A stretch of 64,000 bases of DNA. It comes from Chloroflexota bacterium. Lineage in GTDB: Bacteria; Chloroflexota; Anaerolineae; Anaerolineales; Villigracilaceae. The stretch lies in contig JACRMH010000041.1 in the NCBI GenBank assembly GCA_016219545.1, forward strand, positions 69,297-133,296, in the 5' to 3' direction. A program made the position numbers and the translations under genes. Below the pieces are notes generated by a model that made no database searches, was not told the DNA's origin, and worked only from the letters and a program-made list of their open reading frames with translations. Below, piece by piece: positions 27,273-37,148 of this stretch; within the stretch, counting starts at the first letter, position 1, and each line of letters opens with the position of its first letter.

Positions 27273-28705
27273 GGACATTGACCTGTTGCCCTGCTGAAAA
27301 TGACGGCGTCTTCATCATAATAATCTTCGCACCATTGAGTTGAGTCTCTCATCGTAGAGATCAAGGACGGTTGACCGATGGTGGATAACATGACCAGTTG
27401 AATGTTTTCCCGGTCGAGAAGGCTCTCCCATTGCGGAGCTGCGTTTGCGATGGACAAATATTCCTCCCATTGTTGGGGCGGATAGAGTTCAAAGCGCGTA
27501 TCGATCCACACCGGGCGGGATGGCAAGGCAAAGATGAGATAACTTGAAAAGCCATAATCACTCCACAATGGGCCTTTGATCTCAGGGTGCGCGGACAACC
27601 ATCCGGCTGCCTGGATCGGGTTTGCACCGTCATAAGCGCGCGGCGCATCGGGCCACCATGAACCGCGGACGCCCGGCAGGAGTGCAAATGGGATCAGGAG
27701 CAAAACACAAGCCGTAAGAATATTGAGCGCGGGCTTTTCATTTTTTACGGGACTCTCCAGAATACGCGCATCCCATTCGGCGACCAGGCTAGCTGTAAGG
27801 GTCACCATGATAAAGATGAACCAGATCACATAGCGGACTCCGAGGAGTGCAAGCCACCCGAAAAACAGGAAATTGACCCATTCGAGCAGAGTCAACTTGC
27901 GCGATGAAAAAGCAGCGAGTGGAGCGAAGATCAGCAGCCACGCGAAAAATAAATTCGCCTGCCAGCCACTGTTGACCATCGGCATCCATTCCACGCTAAA
28001 CAACTGGTTGGATGGCGCGTTCAACATATTTTTTACATATCCTAAAACATGGATGCCATGTGGATTAATGAAGACAGCGAACAAAGAAACGCCAAGCGCA
28101 TAAGCCAGTTGTTTTTTATCGCCTTTGCCAAATATAAATGCCGCTGCTCCAAGAATAAACAACAATGGAAATGATCCATGTAAATTCACCCATAACATGG
28201 ATAAGATCGGCATTAACCACAAGCCGCGGTTTTTGCCTTGAGTCCATTTCGAGAGAATGTATAAAACCAAAACAAAGATCGGGTATATAAATAATTGCGG
28301 ACGAAACGACCAGTTACTGCTCCCCGCCAATGCCGCCAGTAAAACCAATAAACTCGCTAATCGCGGACCCACCCCAGCACTCCTCACCAAACTCCAAAGC
28401 AAAATGTATGTAATGGCGATAATGACGGCGCGCAGAAAAAAGGTCAGCATCAACCCGCCTGACTGATAGGTCTTCCAAAATATCACAGCCGCCAGCCACG
28501 ATTGATAAAAAAACGGTGAACCTGTTTGAGTGAAACTATATGTATCAATTGCTGGGACTGAACCTGTGCGAGCCACATCCTGCCCAAGCCGCAGATACCA
28601 CCAATAATCCTGCGGTGAAAGCGGTAGGAGCAGGGCAAGACTCAACAGGATCAGCAGGGCGAGACTCAGCCAGAGAAAATCGTAAGAATGTCGGCGAAAG
28701 TTCAT
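27269..28705 (-). CDS. Multi-TM membrane protein, putative GT-C-fold glycosyltransferase
   Basis: DYWWYL.LG, RPQLF, LWVNLHG, INPHG, IDTRFELY motifs; sits between two GT4 genes. Confidence 0.6.
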   Translation of the reverse strand: MNFRRHSYDFLWLSLALLILLSLALLLPLSPQDYWWYLRLGQDVARTGSVPAIDTYSFTQTGSPFFYQSWLAAVIFWKTYQSGGLMLTFFLRAVIIAITYILLWSLVRSAGVGPRLASLLVLLAALAGSSNWSFRPQLFIYPIFVLVLYILSKWTQGKNRGLWLMPILSMLWVNLHGSFPLLFILGAAAFIFGKGDKKQLAYALGVSLFAVFINPHGIHVLGYVKNMLNAPSNQLFSVEWMPMVNSGWQANLFFAWLLIFAPLAAFSSRKLTLLEWVNFLFFGWLALLGVRYVIWFIFIMVTLTASLVAEWDARILESPVKNEKPALNILTACVLLLIPFALLPGVRGSWWPDAPRAYDGANPIQAAGWLSAHPEIKGPLWSDYGFSSYLIFALPSRPVWIDTRFELYPPQQWEEYLSIANAAPQWESLLDRENIQLVMLSTIGQPSLISTMRDSTQWCEDYYDEDAVIFSRATGQCP

Positions 28706-29772
28706 TCAATATCCTTTTGACCACTGTCCAACAAAACTTTGAGATACGACTCGACCATTTGATCCAACCCAAAAGCGGACTCGGCCCGCTTCCGCGCCGC
28801 CGCCCGGAATTGACTCTGTTTCGTCAACACATCCGCCGCTGATTCGGCCAGCGTGGCAATATCAGGCCTTTCCAATTTCCAGGGATTCCCGCCATAAGGG
28901 ACGATGCATCCGGCATCATCCGTCACCAACTCTTTGAGAGCGCCGCTATCGAAGCCGATGACAGGCAATCCGCAGGCCAACGCTTCAATGACGGAATTCG
29001 GGCAGGGCGGATTCACTTCCGCGCAATACATCATGTGACTGGAGCGTGCCAAGTCCGGAATTTGTTCACGCGGAACGGTGCCGAGAAATTTTATAGAAAG
29101 GTTTGCCACGGAGGACACAGAATTCGTTTTTCGCTTTTTCTCTGTGAACTCTGTGGTTATTCTCTTTTGCGTGGCATCATCCACTTTGCCGGCTACCACC
29201 ACTTCCATGGGAAATTTTTCTGAAAGTTTTTCAGCCAATGCAACGGCATGGAACAGACCTGAATTCAACCCGCCCGCCAAACTACCTTCCAACAACATCA
29301 AGCGGAAACGATCTGTGGGACGGTCGTGCGGTCCGTCGGGAGTGTAAGTTTGCAAGTCAACACCGTTAATGATGACAGAGGCTGGCACTTTTGCCGCTCC
29401 ATACCAATCCTCCCACCATTTGCGGATGAACTGACTTTGATAAATGACCCGGTCTGCAAAGCGTGCGCGGATCAACGCCAGCATGGCATTGCCATACTCC
29501 GCGCGGATATGATAGCGCGGGCCCGTCCAGCGCACACGCTGAACCCAGTTGATGCCGTCGAGGCGCTGCACGATCCGCTGTCCGCGCTGACGGGCTCTTC
29601 GTAACGGGAGCAGGTTGCGGGTCCCGGCAATGACCAGCACCGCATCCGATCTGGCAGAAAGATCGTGCGTCACATCCACACCGCGCGCGCGAAGTCCCTG
29701 CTCGAATTTCAATCGAAAGGAAGCCATGCCGCCAGTCCCTTCCACATACGGAACAATACAAATCGTAGACAT
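28702..29772 (-). CDS. GT4 glycosyltransferase (leaderless start; in-frame palindrome at 29105-29157)
   Basis: NGVDL, CPNSVIEALACGLPV; TATAAT 6 nt before the ATG. Confidence 0.9.
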   Translation of the reverse strand: MSTICIVPYVEGTGGMASFRLKFEQGLRARGVDVTHDLSARSDAVLVIAGTRNLLPLRRARQRGQRIVQRLDGINWVQRVRWTGPRYHIRAEYGNAMLALIRARFADRVIYQSQFIRKWWEDWYGAAKVPASVIINGVDLQTYTPDGPHDRPTDRFRLMLLEGSLAGGLNSGLFHAVALAEKLSEKFPMEVVVAGKVDDATQKRITTEFTEKKRKTNSVSSVANLSIKFLGTVPREQIPDLARSSHMMYCAEVNPPCPNSVIEALACGLPVIGFDSGALKELVTDDAGCIVPYGGNPWKLERPDIATLAESAADVLTKQSQFRAAARKRAESAFGLDQMVESYLKVLLDSGQKDIE

Positions 29773-29858
29773 CATCCCATTATACAATCTTCATCCCCCA
29801 GCCTTCATCCTTTAATTTATGGTATCCTTGCATCAACTCATTTAGGGAGCATTCGTTC

Positions 29859-30488
29859 ATGTACATAGCCATCGAAGGGGTGATCGGCGTCGGCAAGACC
29901 ACACTTGCGCGCCTTCTGCAAAACACATTTGAAGCGGAAGTCCTGCTTGAAATATTCGAGGAAAATCCATTCCTCTCCGATTTTTATGCAGACCGCGCAC
30001 GCTATGCATTCCAGACCCAGATATTCTTTTTACTCAGCCGCTATCATCAACAAAATAATAATGTGCCAAAAATATTGGCAGATAATAAAAACCTGATCGC
30101 CGATTACACTTTCGCGAAAGACGCACTCTTTGCGGGCATCAACTTGAAGGGCGATGAACTGAATATGTATCACAGGGTACATGAAGCGCTCGGCGAAAAA
30201 ATTCCAAAACCAAACCTGCTGGTATATCTGCAAGCCAGCACCGACACTCTCATGAGCCGCATCGCATTCCGCGACCGCCCTTATGAACGCCAAATGGAAC
30301 GCGCTTATATTGACGAATTGAATCATGCGTATGATGATTTCTTTTCAAAGCCATATGACCATACGCCTGTTTTAAAAATTGACTCAAATGAACTGGACAT
30401 TATCCACAACCCAGAACATCTCAAGCGGATCGAGAGCCGCATCCGCGAGACTTTGGGGCTGGTCCCGTTTCAAGCGAGTTTGCTCTAG
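29859..30488 (+). CDS. Deoxynucleoside kinase
   Basis: IEGVIGVGKTT, NPFL.DFY, FQTQIFFLLSRY, RDRPYE. Confidence 0.93.
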   Translation: MYIAIEGVIGVGKTTLARLLQNTFEAEVLLEIFEENPFLSDFYADRARYAFQTQIFFLLSRYHQQNNNVPKILADNKNLIADYTFAKDALFAGINLKGDELNMYHRVHEALGEKIPKPNLLVYLQASTDTLMSRIAFRDRPYERQMERAYIDELNHAYDDFFSKPYDHTPVLKIDSNELDIIHNPEHLKRIESRIRETLGLVPFQASLL

Positions 30489-30503
30489 CTGATGATTGAT
30501 TCC

Positions 30504-30634
30504 GTCACACCTGCACTGCACCAAACGCAGTGCGGTGCAAGTGTTGCGAGGGCGATGCGTTTCCGCCCGAAGCAATCTCACGCACTCACTGAAATTGCTT
30601 CGCCGCAAAGAACAAGAGCGCGGCTCGCAATGAC
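30504..30634. repeat. REP-like palindrome with a 36 nt nested insert (30508-30543)
   Basis: GTCA[insert]TTGCGAG...CTCGCAATGAC. Confidence 0.8.
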
Positions 30635-30650
30635 GAAAAAAGGATAACCC

Positions 30651-31676
30651 ATGCGCGTCACACGTGAATCACTTCTCCGCATTGCCAAAGAGACCGCCCA
30701 GGAGCGGGCTTATAACGACCCCGATATTATTGCCGCATACCTCACCGGCTCGCTGCTTAATGTTGACCCCATGCTCGGCGGCACAGCCGATATTGACATT
30801 GTCTTTGTGTATAAGACTCAGCCGAAGCAGGCACGCGAGTTCGTGAAACTCACTCCTGACTTTCACCTCGACATCAGCCGCCGTGCAAAAGATGATTTCA
30901 AGTCGCCGCGCGAGTTGCGCAGTGACCCGTGGCTCGGCTACGAAATGTACGATCCCATATTGTTGTATGAACGCGAGAAATTTTTCGACTTCGTGCAGGC
31001 CAGTCTGCGCGCCGGCTTTGACTTTGAACAGCCGCCGCTCATGTTACAGCGCTGCCGCAAACTGCTCTCCCACGGCCGCCAGATCTGGACGGACTTGACC
31101 GAAGTAGATTCCGTGGGACCAAAAGAAATAAGAAAATACATGAAGTCGCTCTATCATGTGATCAATGCCGTTGCGGAATTAAGCGGACCGCCCATTCAAG
31201 AACGCAGGTTATTGCTTGAATTCCCCGCCCGCGCCGAGGCCGCCGGCAAATCCGAGTTGACGGCAACAGCCTTCGGATTGATCGATGCCAAGCATATCCA
31301 TGCTGACAAAATAAAAAGCTGGGTTCCCGATTGGAAGTACGCCTTCAAACTTGCCAGCGAAAATCCAAATGTAGATATCCGCATCCATGCCGCGCGAATG
31401 AATTATTACGAAAAGGCCATCAACTTTATGCTCGATGGCGCGATCCCATTATCCGCGCTGTGGCCGCTCTTCCACACGTGGACCTTGTCCGCGGAGGTAT
31501 TGGAGGGCGACCATTTGAATTTCTGGCAAACCGCGGCCAGTGAGTTGGGTCTGCTCGGCGCAGAATTCGCTGAACGTGTGGATGGACTCGACCATTTCAT
31601 TGACGATGTTGATGTGATCCTCGATGAGATCGCAAAAGAGAATGGGTTGGATGAACTACAATCCGCAGGATTATAG
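30651..31676 (+). CDS. Hypothetical protein with N-terminal nucleotidyltransferase-like motif
   Basis: YLTGS...ADIDIVF pattern; remainder appears helical. Confidence 0.55.
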   Translation: MRVTRESLLRIAKETAQERAYNDPDIIAAYLTGSLLNVDPMLGGTADIDIVFVYKTQPKQAREFVKLTPDFHLDISRRAKDDFKSPRELRSDPWLGYEMYDPILLYEREKFFDFVQASLRAGFDFEQPPLMLQRCRKLLSHGRQIWTDLTEVDSVGPKEIRKYMKSLYHVINAVAELSGPPIQERRLLLEFPARAEAAGKSELTATAFGLIDAKHIHADKIKSWVPDWKYAFKLASENPNVDIRIHAARMNYYEKAINFMLDGAIPLSALWPLFHTWTLSAEVLEGDHLNFWQTAASELGLLGAEFAERVDGLDHFIDDVDVILDEIAKENGLDELQSAGL

Positions 31677-31678
31677 TC

Positions 31679-31712
31679 AAAACTTCCGAAGTCTAAAGGC
31701 TTCGGAAGTTTT
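31679..31712. repeat. ACTTCCGAAG / TCGGAAGT palindrome family
   Basis: Siblings at 51838-51869 and 52491-52528. Confidence 0.7.
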
Positions 31713-31726
31713 ATAAATTGGCATCA

Positions 31727-31824
31727 TGTCGTTCTGAGCGTAAGCGAAGAACCTCTGAGATTATCTTCGAGACCCTCACCGCACTGGCGCGCGGCGCAAG
31801 TGTCGCTCACGCTCAGGGAATCAC
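31727..31824. repeat. REP-like element with a 26 nt nested insert (31777-31802)
   Basis: Insert identical to 2239-2264. Confidence 0.75.
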
Positions 31825-31840
31825 GATTGCAGGAGTATTG

Positions 31841-32554
31841 ATGAAAGCTAAGGTTGTTGTGACAATTTCGCTTGTTCTATTCCTACTCGTTGCATTAGGA
31901 TGGCTTGCAAAGGACAATAACCTTGGCGGATTATTCAGCACGGCAACGCCGACAGTAACCAATACCGCAACAGCCACCAACACAAGCACACCCTCTCCAA
32001 CACATCCTTTGAGCCCAACTTCGACTATAACACCTACAATTTCGCCCACACCTAGCTTAGAACCAATTTCAGGTGGATGGAGTATTTATCATATACCAAA
32101 ATATGGTGTTAAATTTTCGTATCCGGCGGTATTTGATAAAGGCTTTCGAGATGGCTATGATGGCGAGGTGTTTTGCGGATTAACTGTAAATAAAGACCCT
32201 AAAGATGTTCAATATTCAATATCAGTAGGGATTATCAACATTAAAATTATGGAAACTGACACAGAATTCGAAGATGTTATTAATACAGTCATTATCGAAA
32301 TGTCAGAAAACTGGAATCTTGAAAAATCAGAAGCATATACAAAAAACGATTTATATGCTTTTCAAATATATTACACCAATAAGACGCGTCCCCGATGGGG
32401 TATTACAACATATTTACCTAACAATGGGTTTATTTTAGAAATTGATTTTTATGAGCAACCCTTTTTCGATTGCGAGTCAGATGAAATTGGTTATTCAAAT
32501 CTTTGGGTATATGAACAAATCTTGAATACCTTAGAATTTGAAACTACTCCATGA
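31841..32554 (+). CDS. Exported hypothetical protein with Thr/Pro linker
   Basis: AGGAG ribosome-binding site, N-terminal TM/signal, T/P-rich linker, AT-rich C-terminal domain. Confidence 0.65.
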   Translation: MKAKVVVTISLVLFLLVALGWLAKDNNLGGLFSTATPTVTNTATATNTSTPSPTHPLSPTSTITPTISPTPSLEPISGGWSIYHIPKYGVKFSYPAVFDKGFRDGYDGEVFCGLTVNKDPKDVQYSISVGIINIKIMETDTEFEDVINTVIIEMSENWNLEKSEAYTKNDLYAFQIYYTNKTRPRWGITTYLPNNGFILEIDFYEQPFFDCESDEIGYSNLWVYEQILNTLEFETTP

Positions 32555-32675
32555 AACAGCGATCAACCCTACTCGCTGCAAGAGTCGAACAGGAAAATGA
32601 TATAGTGTGAACCATGTGATTAAATGGGATTCGATGTCAACATGCAGGCAGAGGTCCCGATCAACAAATGTATAC

Positions 32676-32728
32676 GTACCGCGACATTTATGTCGCCTGC
32701 CATAATAGCGACATAAATGTCGCGGTAC
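32676..32728. repeat. GCGACATTTATGTCGC palindrome family (doublet)
   Basis: Siblings at 35707-35732, 41818-41843 and 47757-47778. Confidence 0.75.
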
Positions 32729-32751
32729 AAAAACCAAAGGAGACTAAACAA

Positions 32752-33732
32752 ATGCCAACTCAATCATCATCCCCCCACCTGCCTTTCGGCGAAAATAAAA
32801 ATGCCCAGTGGTACGGCAAGGACATTCTGTCCGTCAAGCAGTTCAGCCGCGGCGATCTGGAGTATGTGTTCGGCGTGGCGCATGAGATGCGCGGCATGGT
32901 CGAGCGCGTCGGGACCTTTGACTTGCTTAAAGGAAAAATTCTGGCGAACCTTTTTTATGAACCGTCCACCAGAACCTCGTCCTCGTTCACGGCGGCGATG
33001 GAAAGACTCGGCGGCTCGGTCATCCCGATCAGCGAGGTAAAATATTCGTCGGTGTCGAAGGGCGAGAGTTTGCCAGATACCATCCGTACCCTCGAATGTT
33101 ATGCGGACGTGATCGTCCTGCGCCACCCGGAGACGGGTTCGGCGGCGATTGCAGCCAAGGCAGCGAAGAAACCGGTCATCAATGCAGGCGACGGCGTGGG
33201 CGAACATCCGACTCAGGCTTTGCTGGATACGTTCACGATCATGGAAGAATTAGGTCGGCTCGATAACCTGACCGTGACCATGCTCGGTGACCTGAAATAT
33301 GGTCGAACCGTTCACTCGCTGGCGCGCCTGCTTTCGCAGTTCAGCAATATCAAGTTGAATTATGTCTCGCCGGATATTTTGAAGATGCCCAAGGAAGTGA
33401 TGGATGAAGTGGCGGCAAAGAAAGTTCCGCAGACCGAGTATTCATCGCTTGAAAAAGTATTACCTGAAACCGATGTGTTGTATGTGACCCGCGTGCAGAA
33501 GGAAAGATTTGAAGACCCCGCTGATTATGAAAAAGTAAAAGGCGCATATGTGATCGACCCCGAAATCATGAAAGCCGCGAAGAAGGATATGGCCGTGATG
33601 CATCCGCTGCCGCGCGTGGGCGAGATCAGCCCGGACTTTGACGATGATCCGCGTGCCGCGTATTTCCGTCAGATGGAATATGGTCTGTATGTGAGAATGG
33701 CGTTGTTGGCGATGGTGTTGGGAAAGGCTTAA
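32752..33732 (+). CDS. pyrB: Aspartate carbamoyltransferase catalytic subunit
   Basis: [35 protein letters not shown]. Confidence 0.96.
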   Translation: MPTQSSSPHLPFGENKNAQWYGKDILSVKQFSRGDLEYVFGVAHEMRGMVERVGTFDLLKGKILANLFYEPSTRTSSSFTAAMERLGGSVIPISEVKYSSVSKGESLPDTIRTLECYADVIVLRHPETGSAAIAAKAAKKPVINAGDGVGEHPTQALLDTFTIMEELGRLDNLTVTMLGDLKYGRTVHSLARLLSQFSNIKLNYVSPDILKMPKEVMDEVAAKKVPQTEYSSLEKVLPETDVLYVTRVQKERFEDPADYEKVKGAYVIDPEIMKAAKKDMAVMHPLPRVGEISPDFDDDPRAAYFRQMEYGLYVRMALLAMVLGKA

Positions 33733-33737
33733 CGTTT

Positions 33738-33790
33738 ACAGGTTGGCAGGTTGGAACGTTCAAACGTTTCGACCTGCCAACGTTCAAACT
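33738..33790. repeat. Inverted arrays of 8 nt units (CAGGTTGG / AACGTTCA) between convergent genes
   Basis: caggttgg caggttgg aacgttca aacgtttc gacctgcc aacgttca. Confidence 0.6.
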
Positions 33791-33797
33791 GGGGATG

Positions 33798-34826
33798 TTA
33801 CGATAACGGCCAGGTCGGCAGGACGTCCATGTCCATTTGCGAGGTGTGCCCCAACGCAAAGCGGAAGTATCCTGCGGATGCGATCATGGCGGCGTTGTCG
33901 GTGCATAAAGCCAACGGGGGAATATGAACAGGAAATTCCGTTTGAGCTTTGAAGGTTTGGCGTAAGGGCCGGTTGGCGGAGACTCCACCTGCGACCAAAA
34001 TTTCTTTTGCACCGAATTCGCGCGCGGCATTCATGGTCTTCTTGAAGAGCACGTCAATGACCGCCTTTTGGAAAGACGCGGCCAAGTCTGCGACGGGAAG
34101 GGTGTGACTCTTCTTTTTTAAGTCACGCACTTCATATAACACGGCTGTCTTTAATCCGCTGAACGAAAAATCATAAGTCCCTTCGAGCCAGGCACGCGGG
34201 AAGTTGAAGCGAGTTGGGTTGCCTTCTTCGGCCGCTTTTTGGATGGCGGGTCCGCCCGGGTAACCGAGCTCCAACAGGCGGGCAACTTTGTCGAAGGCCT
34301 CACCAGCCGCATCGTCGAGGGTTGAACCGAGCCTTTTATAAGTCAAATGATCGGTCATGAGATTCAGTTCGGAATGTCCGCCTGAAACGAGGAGCACCAT
34401 CAAGGGGAATTGCGGCTCGGGCGGGATGATGTCATCGGAGTTGTAAACCCATGCCGAATAAAGATGTCCTTCCAAATGATTCACGCCCACCAGCGGCAGA
34501 CCTGTGCCAAGCGCGAGACCTTTGGCCATGTTCATACCCACGACGAGCGAACCCGCGAGACCGGGTCCCTGCGTGATGGCAAGCGCGTCAATATCTTTGA
34601 GGGTGAGATGCGCCTGCGCGAGCGCCTGCTCCACGACCGGCGTGATGCTCAGCACATGCTGGCGCGATGCCACTTCTGGAAAGACGCCGCCATAACGCGC
34701 GTGGATTTCCATTTGCGAGGCGACAACGGATGAAAGCAAAGCGCGTCCATTTTCAAGGATGGCGCAGGCGGTCTCATCACAGGAGGATTCGATTGCGAGG
34801 ATACGGGCGGATTTGAGGTCGGTCAT
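33798..34826 (-). CDS. tsaD: tRNA t6A threonylcarbamoyltransferase subunit
   Basis: IESSCDET, HLEGH, VSGGH, DDAAGEAFDK, FSFSGLKT, CTDNAAMI. Confidence 0.97.
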   Translation of the reverse strand: MTDLKSARILAIESSCDETACAILENGRALLSSVVASQMEIHARYGGVFPEVASRQHVLSITPVVEQALAQAHLTLKDIDALAITQGPGLAGSLVVGMNMAKGLALGTGLPLVGVNHLEGHLYSAWVYNSDDIIPPEPQFPLMVLLVSGGHSELNLMTDHLTYKRLGSTLDDAAGEAFDKVARLLELGYPGGPAIQKAAEEGNPTRFNFPRAWLEGTYDFSFSGLKTAVLYEVRDLKKKSHTLPVADLAASFQKAVIDVLFKKTMNAAREFGAKEILVAGGVSANRPLRQTFKAQTEFPVHIPPLALCTDNAAMIASAGYFRFALGHTSQMDMDVLPTWPLS

Positions 34827-34870
34827 AGTTATCAGTTATCAGTGAACAGTAAGCAGTTATCAGTTGATGG
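34827..34870. repeat. Heptamer (nCAGTk) tandem repeat
   Basis: agttatcagttatcagtgaacagtaagcagttatcagttg. Confidence 0.7.
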
Positions 34871-34883
34871 TTAGCGGTGAAAA

Positions 34884-35690
34884 TTATAAATGTCTCAAAA
34901 ACGAATTGGGACTATTCAGAAAATCTTTTGTGAGTTTTACGTGTTCAAGGTCTTCATATTGTACCCGTTTCATCTCGCCGTTTTCAAAACTGACAATGTC
35001 GGCTTCGGGGAAAGCCAAAATGATTGGCGAATGTGTGGCGATGATGAATTGGGACTCCTGTTCCAGCATTTGTTTCAACACGGAGAGGAATGCCAGTTGA
35101 CGCGTGGGCGAAAGGGCGGCTTCGGGTTCATCCAAAAGATACAGTCCGCCCGGCACAAAGCGGGATTGGAACAAGGTCATGAAACTTTCGCCGTGGGAAC
35201 GCTGGTCAATGCCCTCGCCGTATCTTCTTTTGATGGCATGTAGTTCATTTCTATACGGAAGCCGCGCCAGGTCAGCGGCGAATTTGGAACGCCCCTTATA
35301 TTCATCGTCAACCGCGTCCAGATCATGGCTCAATTCTTCCTGCGTTTGCCGCATGGCTTTGGCATAGCCGAAAAAATCCTCGGCGCGCAGGAAGAATCCT
35401 TTATGTGTGCGTTTTGTCCATGAAAGACGGAAGTACTGCGAGAGTTTACGCACCCCTGCCAGCGTTTTATCGGTCTTGACGCTTTCACTGCCCACCGTGA
35501 TCGAACCGATTGCGCAGGCAATGGATTCCATGACAGTGGATTTGCCCGATCCATTCTCGCCGACAAAGAATGTGATCGGCGAGTTGAATTCGATCCCCTT
35601 GAGCGACTTGACGATCTCCAGCGTGAATGGAAAGTTTTCAGAGTCCTTTTCATTCCATTCACGCACGGAGATGGATTTCAGATGGATCAA
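34884..35690 (-). CDS. ABC-type ATPase (AAA_21-like, no TM domain)
   Basis: GENGSGKST, RSHGESF, LLDEPE, IATHSP. Confidence 0.88.
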   Translation of the reverse strand: MIHLKSISVREWNEKDSENFPFTLEIVKSLKGIEFNSPITFFVGENGSGKSTVMESIACAIGSITVGSESVKTDKTLAGVRKLSQYFRLSWTKRTHKGFFLRAEDFFGYAKAMRQTQEELSHDLDAVDDEYKGRSKFAADLARLPYRNELHAIKRRYGEGIDQRSHGESFMTLFQSRFVPGGLYLLDEPEAALSPTRQLAFLSVLKQMLEQESQFIIATHSPIILAFPEADIVSFENGEMKRVQYEDLEHVKLTKDFLNSPNSFLRHL

Positions 35691-35728
35691 TTTCTATTCC
35701 TGTAAAGTGCCGCGACATTAATGTCGCG

Positions 35729-36979
35729 CTACGATTTCCACTTCTTCATTGGCAAAACAAAATCGTATGGATACTCGGCGAGGGTTTCCATCTTGCCATC
35801 GGGACGCACCCAGAGCGTATCCTCGATACGGAAGCCCATTCCCTTTTCGGGATAATACAGTCCCGGCTCGGAGGTAATGACCACTCCCGGTGCGAGGCGA
35901 TGTTCGTCACCAAGGATCAAACTGCTGAACGGTCTCTCGTGGATGTTGAGTCCCACGCCGTGACCCAATCCATGCACATACCCTTCGACGGGCGCTTTAG
36001 TATGAAGCGGAGTCTGATGTCCCTTTGATTCGTAGTACTCACAAACCATTTGTTGATAGTTTCGGAATGGTGCGTTCAAATCAAAGTTATCGTTCAACTT
36101 GTCGAATATCTCTTTTACCTGACCATAAAGTTCCAACGCTTCGGGAGTGGCATATCCCAAACTCCAGGTGCGTGTGAAATCATAGTAATATCCGCCGCCG
36201 GGTTCGGCGGGATAAATATCGAACACGATCGTCTGACCGAGTTTCATCAGGTCCTTGGGGTTGCCCGCGGAATGTGGCACGCCGGCGTCATGTCCGATGG
36301 AAAAGATAAAGCCCGAAGGAAGTTCTGCGCCAAGCTCCGAGACCCATAAATGGATCTTCGAGTGGACGTCTCCAATGGTCAGCAAGGAACCATCTTCGTT
36401 CAGCAAAACCTCATCGGCATTCACATCGCGCGAAGTTAGGAAGTCTCTGACTTTTGCCACAACTGCCGTGGTGATCTTTCCAACCTTGCGGATGCGCGCC
36501 ACTTCGGATTCATCCTTGGTTTCCATCGCGCGCATGAAGATCGAATCCTCACGCGCCTCACCGACAAATTCAACAGCGGGCATCAATTTCTGCAGGTGCG
36601 AAAGCAGTCCAAATGTTGCGCTGAGATCGTAAGTCCCATATACGCCCACTCGCCCCGAAGTGACGCCGGCATCTTTGAGCATCAACTCGCAGCGCAAGGC
36701 ATTTGCCAGCAAAGCATCCTTGTTCGCTTTTTTATTCAGGGCATCAAAATCATAAGTGCTGTAGGGGATTAATTTCAATCCACTCTTTCCGGCTTCATCT
36801 CGTTCCATATCGCCGAAAAAGAAGATGGCCTCTTCGCCCTGTTTCTTGATCAGCGTGGCATGGCTGACATGCCCGCCGCCTGTTAAATATCTCATCGGCG
36901 GGTTATGCTCGGCGTTGCCAAACACAATGAGCGCGTCCATGTTTTTGGTTTTCATGATTGCATCTAAATCTGATTTCAT
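35729..36979 (-). CDS. M24 family Xaa-Pro peptidase
   Basis: FDIYP, YYDFTRT, HGLGHGVGL.IHE, EPGLY, RIED. Confidence 0.92.
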   Translation of the reverse strand: MKSDLDAIMKTKNMDALIVFGNAEHNPPMRYLTGGGHVSHATLIKKQGEEAIFFFGDMERDEAGKSGLKLIPYSTYDFDALNKKANKDALLANALRCELMLKDAGVTSGRVGVYGTYDLSATFGLLSHLQKLMPAVEFVGEAREDSIFMRAMETKDESEVARIRKVGKITTAVVAKVRDFLTSRDVNADEVLLNEDGSLLTIGDVHSKIHLWVSELGAELPSGFIFSIGHDAGVPHSAGNPKDLMKLGQTIVFDIYPAEPGGGYYYDFTRTWSLGYATPEALELYGQVKEIFDKLNDNFDLNAPFRNYQQMVCEYYESKGHQTPLHTKAPVEGYVHGLGHGVGLNIHERPFSSLILGDEHRLAPGVVITSEPGLYYPEKGMGFRIEDTLWVRPDGKMETLAEYPYDFVLPMKKWKS

Positions 36980-36999
36980 AATGTCTCCATTGATATGAT

Positions 37000-37141
37000 G
37001 TCATTGCGAGGAGCGTATTTCCCTGGCACCGCCCGCCAGGGCAGGTGTGCGACGAAGTAATCTCCTATTAAATAATGAGAGATTGCTTCGCTCGTTCCAC
37101 CCGCTCGCAACACTTGCACCGCACGCAAGTGCAGGTGTGAC
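37000..37141. repeat. REP-like palindrome with two nested inserts (37021-37047 and 37111-37137)
   Basis: First insert identical to 2172-2198; second related to 30508-30543 and at the equivalent host position. Confidence 0.8.
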
Positions 37142-37148
37142 GGTAATT

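Noticed and set aside
31718-31840. N-terminal extensions in the ORF track (also 32668, 42609, 45693, 20161, 60548, 41829)
   Set aside because: They run through repeats or neighbouring genes; downstream starts have ribosome-binding sites, leaderless promoters or stop-start overlaps
32555-32751. PyrR-binding attenuator upstream of pyrB
   Set aside because: A small GGGA/TCCC stem is present, but there is no clear PyrR loop consensus or terminator; the main hairpin is a dispersed repeat
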